DNA from: an uncultured Acidimicrobiia bacterium
GTDB lineage: Bacteria; Acidobacteriota; Terriglobia; Versatilivoradales; Versatilivoraceae
Length of the DNA: 64,000 bases
Reading direction: 5' to 3'
NCBI GenBank assembly: GCA_963791795.1
Contig: CAWBTP010000015.1
Coordinates: forward strand, 42,822 to 106,821
Both the position numbers and the translations under genes were made by a program. Shown piece by piece: positions 1 to 8,763 of the stretch. The notes under the pieces were generated by a model. That model searched no databases. It saw only the letters and a list, made by a program, of their open reading frames with translations, and was not told where the DNA came from. The number at the start of each line of letters is the position of its first letter. Positions within the stretch are counted from its first letter, which is position 1.

Positions 1-164
1 CGACGAGTGAGTCCTACCGGTGCTTCCGCGGCTTGTTTCATGGTGTCCTCCCAGTCGTTGCGCCATCATAAAGCCCGAGTTCGACAGTGCGACCTGATCA
101 TTGTTCCCCAATGCTGCAGAATCCACTACCGAGATGAGAACTGTTTATTCTGTCCGCCAAAGAC

Positions 165-1157
165 CTACTGAATCGCTATCGTCGCTTCTGGCCCTGCAAT
201 CCACGCCGTGGTCAATTGAAGGGTGGCCGGTCCCGCGGTCGTCCCCTCGGGGACCCGAAAGTCCACTCGATACCTGTCGGTGGTGCCGGGCCGTCCGATA
301 CTGAGAAGGATCTCTGCCGGTCTTCCATTAACCGTCACCTCCAGCGGCGAATTAACCTGTGGCAGTGGATCCGCCGGGAATGGCTTGCCGGGATCGACGC
401 CCGGGCGCGTGGGACCAAGGCCGGTTGCAACCAAAATCAGCCCTTCCCCGGCGCGCGCCGGCTGGGCTGCAGTTACTGGTGAAAAGTCTGAGTGAAAGAT
501 AGCCGGAACGCTGGAAGTGGTCAAAATCTCCGGCCGAGCCAGAGGGATCACATGCAATACGGCCCGAGTTTTACCGCCTCCGTGTCTGCGCCGGTTGGCG
601 GGATCCTCAGTCATCGACGCGAAACGGATAGCAACGGCCGGCCCTCCGCCAAAATACCCGCGCGCTCCGAAAAAAGCCCCGGTGCCACCGACGATTGTGC
701 CATTGTGCACCACGACGTCGAGAGGCGCGCCGGGAGGAGGAGGGCCGCCTGCCAGACCGGTGGCCATGATGGTCCCGATCGGCGTACCATCGCTCGTCAG
801 GATCTCAAACGTGGAGAGTCGCAGATTATTCCGCACGGTGTCGGCTATCGCCTGGCCGGCGGCGGGAGACGGCCTGAGAAGAACCCCCCGCTGGTTTTCA
901 AGAAATGTGCCCTTGGCAGGCTGGCCATTGACGGCCACGATGTCCGCCAGGACCACGGCGTTTCCAAAGTTCCTTGGCGGGTTCGCAGTCGTGATGCCCT
1001 GATTCGTCGCAAACAGCGAGAGATCCGACGTATCCTCAAAGTACTGCACAAAGTTTTCCAGGTCGATTCTTAGGATTGTCGGTGCGACCGCTTGCCCTTG
1101 TGCCACGTTGGCAGTTGTCGCAAGAAAAAGAACTGCCGATGCGAGGATGGTTTTCAC
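165..1157 (-). CDS. secreted hypothetical protein with C-terminal TIGR03437-like (Solibacter-type) domain
   Basis: ORF 165..1250(-) trimmed to the in-frame GTG at 1157, 7 nt downstream of AAAGGAG (rc of ctcctt 1165-1170). Gives N-terminal signal peptide VKTILASAVLFLATTANVAQG. C-terminal ..LVATGLGPTRPGVDPG..VNGRPAEILLSIGRPGTTDRYRVDFRVPEGTTAGPATL resembles the conserved C-terminal module of Acidobacteria secreted proteins. Confidence 0.6.
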   Translation of the reverse strand: MKTILASAVLFLATTANVAQGQAVAPTILRIDLENFVQYFEDTSDLSLFATNQGITTANPPRNFGNAVVLADIVAVNGQPAKGTFLENQRGVLLRPSPAAGQAIADTVRNNLRLSTFEILTSDGTPIGTIMATGLAGGPPPPGAPLDVVVHNGTIVGGTGAFFGARGYFGGGPAVAIRFASMTEDPANRRRHGGGKTRAVLHVIPLARPEILTTSSVPAIFHSDFSPVTAAQPARAGEGLILVATGLGPTRPGVDPGKPFPADPLPQVNSPLEVTVNGRPAEILLSIGRPGTTDRYRVDFRVPEGTTAGPATLQLTTAWIAGPEATIAIQ

Positions 1158-1740
1158 GAGCGTTCTCCTTTCGCTTCGATTCGATTGATTGGGGGTTAGG
1201 AATGATCGGGGGTTAGGGAGCGAGAAGTGTACAACAAAAATGGCGCTCATGGTACTTGTTGGGCGCCCTCCAAGGCGGCCGGCATCCGGCTTGCCCCCGA
1301 TGATTGTCGTATGGCCGCGAACGCTCAGCAGCGGCCGGACGCCAGCAGGCGCGTGTAGGTGTTATCCTCGCGGGGCGAGCTAGCCGGAAGCCCGAGTGAG
1401 CTTGTCCCTCAAGATAGCCTCTGGAAATGGGTGGCCGCACAAGCTGAGGTCCAGGGAGGTTTCGTGGGTTGCTCCCTAAAACCCCCCTGAAGTCCCCCCT
1501 TGTGCAAGGGGGGACGCTGCTTTTCACCGAACGTGGCGCCGCAACGCGACGTGAAAAACTTTGATGAACATCCCGAGTGAGGAAGTGAGACGGAGGAAGT
1601 GAGGGTGGTCGAGGGGCGAGCGGAAGTGAGGAAGGAAGCGGGGAGGAAGTGATGCCCTTATGAATCAAATATGAAAGTATGGAGGGTAGATGAAATTTGA
1701 TATTTAAGACGGACCCAGTTCCCAGAGCAGGAGGTCCACC

Positions 1741-2508
1741 GTGCGTTTAGCGAACAAGGTCTCGATCATCACCGGCGCAGGCGCGGGGATGGGCTACGCT
1801 GCAGCCCATCTTTTCGCGCGCGAGGGCTCGAAGGTCGCGATCGTCGATGTCGATGAAGCGACCGGCCGGGCCGCTGCCGAGTCAGTTCGCGCGGAAGGAG
1901 GCGACGCCGAGTTCTTCCTCTGCGATGTAGGCAACCCCGCCAGCGTCGAAGCAATGACGAGCGCTGTGGTTGGCCGCTTCGGCAAGCTCGACGTGCTGTA
2001 CAACAACGCTGGGAGCAGCCACGGCGTCTTCGGTCAGATCCACACCCTCGATATCGACGGTTTCGACCGGGTCATGCGCACCAACATCAGGGGAACGTTT
2101 CTCTGCAGCAAGTTCGGGATCCCGCATCTCCTTGCGAACGGGGGCGGCTCTGTGATCAATGTCGCTTCGGCTGTCGGCCTGGTCGGCTGGGCAGGAGGCG
2201 CCGCGCTGTGTACGGCGAAGGGCGGCATCGTACTCATGACGAAGGCGGCGGCACTCGATTACGCACAGCAAAACATCAGGGTCAACTGCCTGTGCCCCGG
2301 ATCGACCCGGACGGAGCAGACTGAATCGCGCCTCAAGGATGCTCCTGATCCCGACGCCGTGATCGCGCCGCTGATCGCGAACCACGCAATAAGGCGGCTG
2401 GCTCGACCGGAGGAGATCGCTGCGGCCGCGCTCTTCCTCGCGTCGGACGAGTCGTCGTTCGTCACGGGCGTGGCGTTCCCGGTCGACGGCGGCTGGACCG
2501 CGATGTAG
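1741..2508 (+). CDS. SDR family oxidoreductase (short-chain dehydrogenase/reductase), atypical active site
   Basis: GTG start with AGGAGG 7 nt upstream. TGAGAGMG dinucleotide-binding motif, NNAG, catalytic Ser143 and Lys160 present. Canonical Tyr position (156) is Leu (CTG 2206-2208). Confidence 0.85.
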   Translation: MRLANKVSIITGAGAGMGYAAAHLFAREGSKVAIVDVDEATGRAAAESVRAEGGDAEFFLCDVGNPASVEAMTSAVVGRFGKLDVLYNNAGSSHGVFGQIHTLDIDGFDRVMRTNIRGTFLCSKFGIPHLLANGGGSVINVASAVGLVGWAGGAALCTAKGGIVLMTKAAALDYAQQNIRVNCLCPGSTRTEQTESRLKDAPDPDAVIAPLIANHAIRRLARPEEIAAAALFLASDESSFVTGVAFPVDGGWTAM

Positions 2509-2792
2509 GGAGGGGCCGTGAAGTGCGGGTCAGCCTTTAAAGCCAAATATGAAACAGGAAACTAGGTGAGATTCAAAATATTTAGGGGGGTGACCCCAAC
2601 TGACGGAGACCCCAGCTGACGCAGCTCACCCACCAACCCGGCACGCCTCCCAGGCTCGCGCGACACTAGCGATCAAGAAATCGATGTCGCTCGGTTTGCA
2701 GAGATATTGATGAGTGACACGTTGGGACCTTGTGTGCGCACGGCCACAGCCCCGGCTTCGCCCTCATCTACCGCCCCTAACTGCCTTCTAAG

Positions 2793-3365
2793 TTATTCCA
2801 CGCGGATCGTTGCACGCATCCAAGGATGTATGCAGCACTGGAACTTGTGGAGGCCGGGAGCGAGACTCGTCAGCGTGACCGTCGCGCCAGGTGCCAAGGG
2901 GATCGCACCCTGGGTACACTGCGGTGCCGGGGAAAGTCCGATGTTGAGGTCATTAATGAAGCCACCGCCGAAATCCGTGACCTCCGTAAAAGTGTGGCCC
3001 CGGCCGCCCCTGTTCCTCACATGAACGGTCTTCCCTGACTTGACAGTGACGTGGGAAGGTTCGTTCCGCCAGGAGGGGTGGCCAATAAGAAACGCATTCG
3101 GGGGAATCGTCAGTGGAGAACGCAGCAGCGCGCCAAACTCAGCGAAGGAGACGTCCCCTTGGTGCGGTTTCAGTCCGCAGCCGCCAGTGGGGTTCCAAGC
3201 AGGGTCACCAGGCAGACAGTCGTCCATAACCGCAATGTTGTTATCGTTACCGTTCACGTTCGCCGCGGCGATGAAATCTCCAATCACCCAAAAACAAACC
3301 AGCGACAAGGCGATTGCCGCGAGAGAGCCCAGAGCTATAGGTTTCAATCTTTCCAGGATGATCAT
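2793..3365 (-). CDS. membrane-anchored cupredoxin (type-1 blue copper) domain protein
   Basis: ORF 2793..3491 trimmed to ATG 3365 with AAAGGAGAG upstream. N-terminal TM helix LKPIALGSLAAIALSLVCFWVI. C-terminal G-H-x-F-x-C-C-I-H-P-W-M motif (HKFQCCIHPWMRATIRV) plus upstream His (GRGHTF) typical of plastocyanin/azurin-like copper sites. Confidence 0.6.
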   Translation of the reverse strand: MIILERLKPIALGSLAAIALSLVCFWVIGDFIAAANVNGNDNNIAVMDDCLPGDPAWNPTGGCGLKPHQGDVSFAEFGALLRSPLTIPPNAFLIGHPSWRNEPSHVTVKSGKTVHVRNRGGRGHTFTEVTDFGGGFINDLNIGLSPAPQCTQGAIPLAPGATVTLTSLAPGLHKFQCCIHPWMRATIRVE

Positions 3366-3650
3366 CGATTTCTCTCCTTTTGTTTTGAGATGCAATATCA
3401 ACACTGTGAAATAGGGATTCACGCGAACCCCCTTGCCTGCTCCCCGATTCTGGAGTCTTAGTCGGACGCCCTTGTCCGAATCAATCTGCAAAGACTGCTC
3501 CGGCCTGACAGGCGAGGTCGGTTTTCCGTTTCCCCTTTTTGTGCTGGCTGAGAAATGGTGTAGACCCAGTTCTTCGAATGAGCTTATAGAGCTTCAAAGA
3601 GAAACGCAATCTACCAAGTGAGCGGCTGCTCCATGCGCTTCCGGCCGCAC

Positions 3651-3797
3651 CTCCTTCAAGCGGGATGCGCCTAAGCAATGCAATGAATTCGTCCCCCCGC
3701 GGAGGCGATCAAACCATGGATCTACCTTAAGCCAGATCAGTGGAGAGTAGGGGTTTAGGTAGGCTTGCTCGAGCCAGCGGAGGGCATTTTCTTTCAC
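3651..3797 (-). pseudogene. frameshifted 3'-terminal remnant of a TPR-containing protein gene
   Basis: Frame 1 reads ..WLEQAYLNPYSPLIWLKVDPWFDRLRG, then frame 2 reads DEFIALLRRIPLEGG. Together this matches the conserved C-terminal tail (..WLekAye..l.ylkvDPrFD.LRsDPRFqaLLRRmnLpe) of Acidobacteria TPR proteins. No upstream body of the gene is present. Confidence 0.3.
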
Positions 3798-4114
3798 AGG
3801 TTGGGGTCCTTGCTTAGACTCGGGCCGCCCCGATGTTCGGATGAGATCAGATAAGTACTGCTATCGCTATCGCGGCGAGGTATTTCGGCAGCCGGTCTAG
3901 AACGTGCCAGGCGCGCTCCGTGCGGCGACTCGGGGCGGCGGTTGATCGGCAAGGTCGCCGTCCGGAGGACGCCTCCTACGATCTCTCGGCTAACATTCCC
4001 AATTCAAGTCGTGCCAACCTGTGACAATCCAGTAATAAGTGGCTGGCATTGGTTCACCTCGTTTGGCGGGCAATCGTAGGCATCACGATTCTCAGATGAT
4101 ACTCCAAACCGCTT

Positions 4115-5047
4115 TCAACCGGCGGCCTTCCCAAACCCGTACAACCGGTGCGCGGTGCGCCCCAGGATCCACTCCTTGTCCTCCGCCGTAAAGAACGGAA
4201 TCATCTCCTTCATGATTTGATACTCGAAGAAATTTGCCCATACCATCCGCCGTGGGCCGAAGGAGTCATACATGCGGCGGAGAAACGGCCACACATCGCG
4301 GTAAGGCATCTCCTTCGTCTTCGATGGATTGTGCAGCGATGTGCGCACATACACGTTCGGCAACTTCGCCAGATCGAGCAGCGGCCCGAATCCTGCCGAA
4401 TCGGGCGCCGTTATGTCGATCATGGCGATATGATCGATAACCACATTCACCCCGGGAAACCGGGCCGCCATGTCTCCCACTTGCTTCACTTGATGAGGCG
4501 CCAGGAAAATATTGAACGTCGCCCCAAGCTGCTCGGCCTTCTTCCACAGCGGATAGCAAGCCGGATCGTTCAGCCAAACCACGTCGCGATTGTAGATCGG
4601 GCTCAGCCGCAACCCAATCAGACCATCTTCCTTGATCAATCGCTCCAACCTCGACGGATTCTCCCGGTCGTCGGGAGCATGGAGGCGATGTCCCACCAGC
4701 AGGCCGATCGCGGCAAATCGTCCCGGATACTGCTTCACGCAGTAGCTTGCGTACGAGTTGTCGCGCCCGTAATAACAGACATGCGAAATCACGACGTGAT
4801 CTACCTTGTAGGTCTTCATCTCCGCTAGCAGAAACTCGGCTGAATACTCGTGATTGGGCAGATTGGTGGGGCACACCGCCATCTCTGGCGTCATCGGGTA
4901 CTTCGAGTTCAGCACCCAAGCGTGCTCAGCGCCGTTCACCACCGGCGCTTTCGTCTGCTGCGCCCATGGAACCACTGCACCGAGGCCGGCAAGCAGCAAC
5001 TGCCGACGGTTTAGCGAAAGAGAACTGTTCATGAGACCTGTGTCCAT
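4115..5047 (-). CDS. amidohydrolase-2 family metal-dependent hydrolase (TIM barrel) with Tat/Sec-type signal
   Basis: Track ORF 4115..5104 starts on TTG. Better in-frame ATGs at 5047 (MDTGLM..) or 5032 (MNSSLSLNRRQLLLAGLGAVV, twin-arginine-like). Body matches PF04909-type amidohydrolases (..HxH-like core, C-terminal ..ILGRTAHRLYGF). Confidence 0.8.
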   Translation of the reverse strand: MDTGLMNSSLSLNRRQLLLAGLGAVVPWAQQTKAPVVNGAEHAWVLNSKYPMTPEMAVCPTNLPNHEYSAEFLLAEMKTYKVDHVVISHVCYYGRDNSYASYCVKQYPGRFAAIGLLVGHRLHAPDDRENPSRLERLIKEDGLIGLRLSPIYNRDVVWLNDPACYPLWKKAEQLGATFNIFLAPHQVKQVGDMAARFPGVNVVIDHIAMIDITAPDSAGFGPLLDLAKLPNVYVRTSLHNPSKTKEMPYRDVWPFLRRMYDSFGPRRMVWANFFEYQIMKEMIPFFTAEDKEWILGRTAHRLYGFGKAAG

Positions 5048-5097
5048 GAGAAAGCCACGGTGAGAGTCAACGCTTACAGGACGATTAGTAGGCAACG

Positions 5098-5475
5098 TCA
5101 CCAACGCTCATCGCCAAAAGCGTCCTTGAGCAGGTCTACGCACTCCTGCCCGGCAATGCCTTCAATGGTGACGATGTCGAATCGATAGTTTATATCATGG
5201 AGGCGATGGCGGCTTCTATACTCGCGAGCGACTCGGCAGATTTGGCGTTGCTTGTTGCGATGCACCGCCTCTTCCGGTCTGCCGCGAGCGTGATCTGTCC
5301 GGGACTTCACTTCGACAAACGCGAGCGTCTCGCCATCCCAACCGATGAGATCCACTTCGCCAAAGCGCTTTCGATAGTTACGCGCAACGATCTTGTATCC
5401 TTGCTGGCGGAGATAGCGATAAGCGATAAGCTCTCCCGACAGAGCCTCTCTCCTGTTTGAAGAACCTTCGCGGAT
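5098..5475 (-). CDS. YraN family endonuclease (UPF0102); start codon uncertain
   Basis: GEVDLIGWDGETLAFVEVKSR..RFDIVTIEG core. The N-terminal helix (REALSGELIAYRYLRQQGYKIVARN) lies in-frame upstream of the track's GTG (5355), but no ATG/GTG/TTG occurs before the in-frame stop at 5503-5505. Only candidate is ATC (5475) 6 nt after AAGGAAAG. Confidence 0.55.
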   Translation of the reverse strand: MREGSSNRREALSGELIAYRYLRQQGYKIVARNYRKRFGEVDLIGWDGETLAFVEVKSRTDHARGRPEEAVHRNKQRQICRVAREYRSRHRLHDINYRFDIVTIEGIAGQECVDLLKDAFGDERW

Positions 5476-5616
5476 CCGCTTTCCTTGCCGATTGGCGGTT
5501 CTTCAGAGCAGCCCTGAGATGTGAGAAAAACGTGTTCAGCACTACCCAAGACATTGGAGTTCAACCGGGCTGCAAACAACTCAACCTTGTGCCGCGCAGC
5601 CTCCTATACGAAGGAG

Positions 5617-6963
5617 CTACGCGATTTGTTTTCCGCCAATCTCGAATAGAACTTCTTCAAGAATCTCCAGCGCAGCATCAGCCTGAGCGCGGCTAACAAT
5701 CAGCGGGGGCATCAGGCGCAATGTATTCTCGCCACAACCCAGAATGAGCAATCCTCTTTCGAAGCACCGCTGAACTGCCAGGTCGCGCCAAGCCCCGGCT
5801 TTTTCTTTCGTCGCCTGGTTCTTGACCAGTTCGACTCCAATCATCAGGCCACGCCCTCGCACATCGCCGATCAGCGTGCATCGAGTCATCAACTCTCGAA
5901 GAGATCCCAATAGATGCTCGCCGATCACAGCAGCGTTCTGCATCAACTCTTCTTCGATCAGCCGAATCGTTTCCAGCGCGGCAGCGCAACTGATCGGATT
6001 GCCGCCAAACGTGGATGCATGTGAGCCTGGCGGCCAGCTCATGAGGTCGGCCCGCGCCACAATTGCTCCCAAAGGCAAACCGGAAGCGATCCCTTTCGCA
6101 AGGGCGATGATGTCAGGCTCGATGCCAAAATGCTCAACGGCGAACATTTTTCCAGTCCGCCCCATGCCAGACTGTACCTCATCAGCAATCAGAAGGATGC
6201 CGTACTTCCTGGACAGCCGTTTCAACTCTTCAAAGAACTCTGCGGGAGGCACGATGTATCCGCCTTCTCCCTGGATGGGCTCGAAAACGATGGCCGCAAC
6301 CTCATCGGGGCTGAGGATGGTCTTGAATAGTTGATCCTCAATCATCCGAAGGCAGGAAGGATGGCAGCCGCCATCAGCAGGCCTGTCGGGACAGTGGTAA
6401 CAGTATGGATAAGGAACGTGCGTCACGCCTTCCAAGAGTGGCCCGAATCCTCTGCGCTGCACAGGTTTGCTGGCAGTCAGTGAAAGAGCGCCAAGAGTTC
6501 GGCCATGGAACGCTCCGTAGAACGCAATGAACTTCTTCCTGCCAGTGGCGTAGCGTGCCAGCTTCAACGCCGCTTCAATGGCTTCTGTGCCCGAGTTTCC
6601 AAAGTAGACCTTCTTATCCCCAGATCCTGGAACTATCTCGGCCAACTTCTGCGCGAGCGCTGCGAGTTGAGGGTAGTAGAAGTCTGTGCCAGAAAGATGG
6701 ATCAACTGGGCGGCCTGCTCTTGGATGACTTTCACGATCCGAGGATGGCAATGGCCGGTGGCGCAGACAGCGATGCCGGCGGCAAAATCCAGGAAGGTGT
6801 TCCCGTCCACATCGGTGACCACCATGCCTTCGGCCCTATCGGCCACCAGTGGGTAAGGACGACTATAGGAAGGTGAAACGTACTTTCGGTCTTGAGCGAG
6901 GATTACCTGGGCTCTTGGACCTGGGAGCGGAGAGGTGACGTTGATCCAGGGGTTCTTGGCCAT
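5617..6963 (-). CDS. class III PLP-dependent aminotransferase (4-aminobutyrate/ornithine aminotransferase family)
   Basis: 448 aa. DEVQSGMGRTGKMFA motif and PLP-lysine motif ALAKGIASGLP. Typical GabT/ArgD-family N-terminus and length. Confidence 0.9.
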   Translation of the reverse strand: MAKNPWINVTSPLPGPRAQVILAQDRKYVSPSYSRPYPLVADRAEGMVVTDVDGNTFLDFAAGIAVCATGHCHPRIVKVIQEQAAQLIHLSGTDFYYPQLAALAQKLAEIVPGSGDKKVYFGNSGTEAIEAALKLARYATGRKKFIAFYGAFHGRTLGALSLTASKPVQRRGFGPLLEGVTHVPYPYCYHCPDRPADGGCHPSCLRMIEDQLFKTILSPDEVAAIVFEPIQGEGGYIVPPAEFFEELKRLSRKYGILLIADEVQSGMGRTGKMFAVEHFGIEPDIIALAKGIASGLPLGAIVARADLMSWPPGSHASTFGGNPISCAAALETIRLIEEELMQNAAVIGEHLLGSLRELMTRCTLIGDVRGRGLMIGVELVKNQATKEKAGAWRDLAVQRCFERGLLILGCGENTLRLMPPLIVSRAQADAALEILEEVLFEIGGKQIA

Positions 6964-7045
6964 GGTGGTTCAGACCTGAGGAGGAAAGCTGCTTACGGCA
7001 GAGATAGGGAATCCCAGAGATGACTGACTTCAACCGACCAAGATT

Positions 7046-7088
7046 CCCCCTCACCCCCAGCCCCTCTCCCGCGTTGGGGCGAGGGGAG
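7046..7088. repeat. REP-like element (CCCCCTCACCCCC AGCCCCTCTCCC ..GGGGCGAGGGG family)
   Basis: Intergenic between the aminotransferase and cysS. Shares the CCCTCACCCCC / CCCCTCTCCC-loop-GGGGAGAGGGG motif with elements at 49513, 55378, 55871-56150 and 57324. Confidence 0.5.
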
Positions 7089-7149
7089 TTGATGATTGCG
7101 ATTGTGGCTGTATCAGATAGGTTCGCAGAAGTGGCCCGTTGCTCGCTGG

Positions 7150-8541
7150 CTACCGCTTTTTCCAGCGGATACCTTCCTTCGTGTCCTCGATGACATAACC
7201 CAGTTCATGAATCTGGTCGCGGATCTGGTCGGCCAGCGCGAAGTTGCGAGAGTTTCTGGCCTGGGTGCGCTGCTCGATGAGGCTCCGGATCTTGTCGTCG
7301 ATCTCCGCGTCGTCCGATTGCCACAGTTCCAGCACCTGATTGAACCGTTCCAATGCGCGCAGTGCCGTCTGTCGGTCGTCTTCGAGGAACCGGCCTTCCG
7401 AAAGCTCCGTGTTCAAATCACGCACCCAATCAAACACAGCCGCCAGCGCCTGAGCCGTATTCAGATCATCATCCATGGCGCGCTCGAAATCCCGGAGGGC
7501 TGCTGCCGTCGTGTCCTGAATTTTCTGGCTGCTGCCCGGCTTCAATTTCTCGGTGGTCAACCGCAACTTGAAGTCCTGCAGACGGGCGAGTGATTTTCCA
7601 GCCTGGTGCAGAAGATCGAAGGTGAAGTTCAGCTGGCGTCGATAAGGCACGCTCTGAAGCGCATACCGTACAGCCAGGGGATCGATGCACTTCTCTTCCA
7701 GATCCCGAAGCGTATAGAAATTGCCCTTCGACTTCGACATCTTCTCGCCTTCGACGATGAGATGCTCGCCATGCATCCAGTAACGAACAAAGGGTTTCTC
7801 GGTAGCGGCTTCGCTCTGTGCAATCTCATTCTCGTGGTGCGGAAAGACCAGGTCCACAGCCCCGCAGTGTAGATCGAAGGATTCACCGAGATACTTCATG
7901 CTCATGGCCGAACACTCCACGTGCCATCCCGGTCGACCTGGACCCAAAGTGGTCTCCCAATGTGGCTCTCCGTTCTTGGTGGCTTTCCAAAGAACAAAGT
8001 CTCGGGCGTCCTGCTTGCCATACTCATCAACATCCACACGAGCGCCCGCCATGATGCCTTCGGCGTCGAGCTTCGACAATTTGCCGTAGTCTTTGAATTG
8101 GGAAATCCTGAAATAGATCGATCCTTCTTTCTCGTAGGTGAACCCCTTTGAGTTCAACGTCTGGATGAGAGTGACCATTTCCGAAATGTGATCGGTGGCG
8201 TGGGCAACGACGTCAGGACGCACGATGTGCAATCTGCCGCAGTCCTCAAAGAAGGCTGCGGTGAACCGGTCGGTGTACTCCCGCAGTTGGATTGGGTTCG
8301 CGGCTCCCGAGTTTCGAATGGTTTTGTCGTCCACGTCGGTAATATTCATGACGTGGGAAACCTGATAGCCCTTGAATCTCAGATACCGCTTCAACACATC
8401 TTGAAAGATGAAGGTGCGAAAGTTCCCGATATGGGCGTAGTCGTAAACCGTCGGTCCGCAGGTGTACATACGAACCTGATTTTCGTCGAGCGGATGGAAC
8501 TCTTCCAGCTTCCCGGAAAGGGTATTTGAGATCTTGAGCAC
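7150..8541 (-). CDS. cysS: cysteine--tRNA ligase
   Basis: HIGN and KMSKS class-I synthetase motifs, CGPTVYD N-terminus. Start taken as GTG 8541 (VLKISNTLSG matches the canonical MLKIFNTL start) with GAGAAAGGA upstream; the track ATG at 8562 has no RBS. Confidence 0.95.
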   Translation of the reverse strand: MLKISNTLSGKLEEFHPLDENQVRMYTCGPTVYDYAHIGNFRTFIFQDVLKRYLRFKGYQVSHVMNITDVDDKTIRNSGAANPIQLREYTDRFTAAFFEDCGRLHIVRPDVVAHATDHISEMVTLIQTLNSKGFTYEKEGSIYFRISQFKDYGKLSKLDAEGIMAGARVDVDEYGKQDARDFVLWKATKNGEPHWETTLGPGRPGWHVECSAMSMKYLGESFDLHCGAVDLVFPHHENEIAQSEAATEKPFVRYWMHGEHLIVEGEKMSKSKGNFYTLRDLEEKCIDPLAVRYALQSVPYRRQLNFTFDLLHQAGKSLARLQDFKLRLTTEKLKPGSSQKIQDTTAAALRDFERAMDDDLNTAQALAAVFDWVRDLNTELSEGRFLEDDRQTALRALERFNQVLELWQSDDAEIDDKIRSLIEQRTQARNSRNFALADQIRDQIHELGYVIEDTKEGIRWKKR

Positions 8542-8763
8542 GTGCCTGGAATCCTTTCTCACAAACGCTTCCGAGAATAGACTCCGGTGCCTGAAAAGTC
8601 AATACGGGCGCGCCATTCCCGTGTTTGTTTACACGGATTTTTGATCATGCTAGACTTCCGCGTTCTTTCAGGAAGCCGGAATAAATCCGCAAGAGAAATT
8701 CAAGACGCAAGCCGGTCGTTGCTGTGAAATTGACCTAATCTCTCACCTCGGGAACTAACCTCC

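Noticed and set aside
1213-1668. 151-aa minus-strand ORF with SLPP repeats
   Set aside because: It is the reverse translation of the GGAAGTGA purine repeat and the G/C hairpin. This is low-complexity sequence, not a gene.
4148-4919. 226-aa (+) and 217-aa (-) ORFs overlapping the amidohydrolase gene
   Set aside because: Shadow frames of the amidohydrolase CDS with no motifs.
5307-5579. 90-aa minus-strand ORF
   Set aside because: It is an out-of-frame overlap of the YraN N-terminal coding region and upstream non-coding DNA. The conserved YraN residues are in the other frame.
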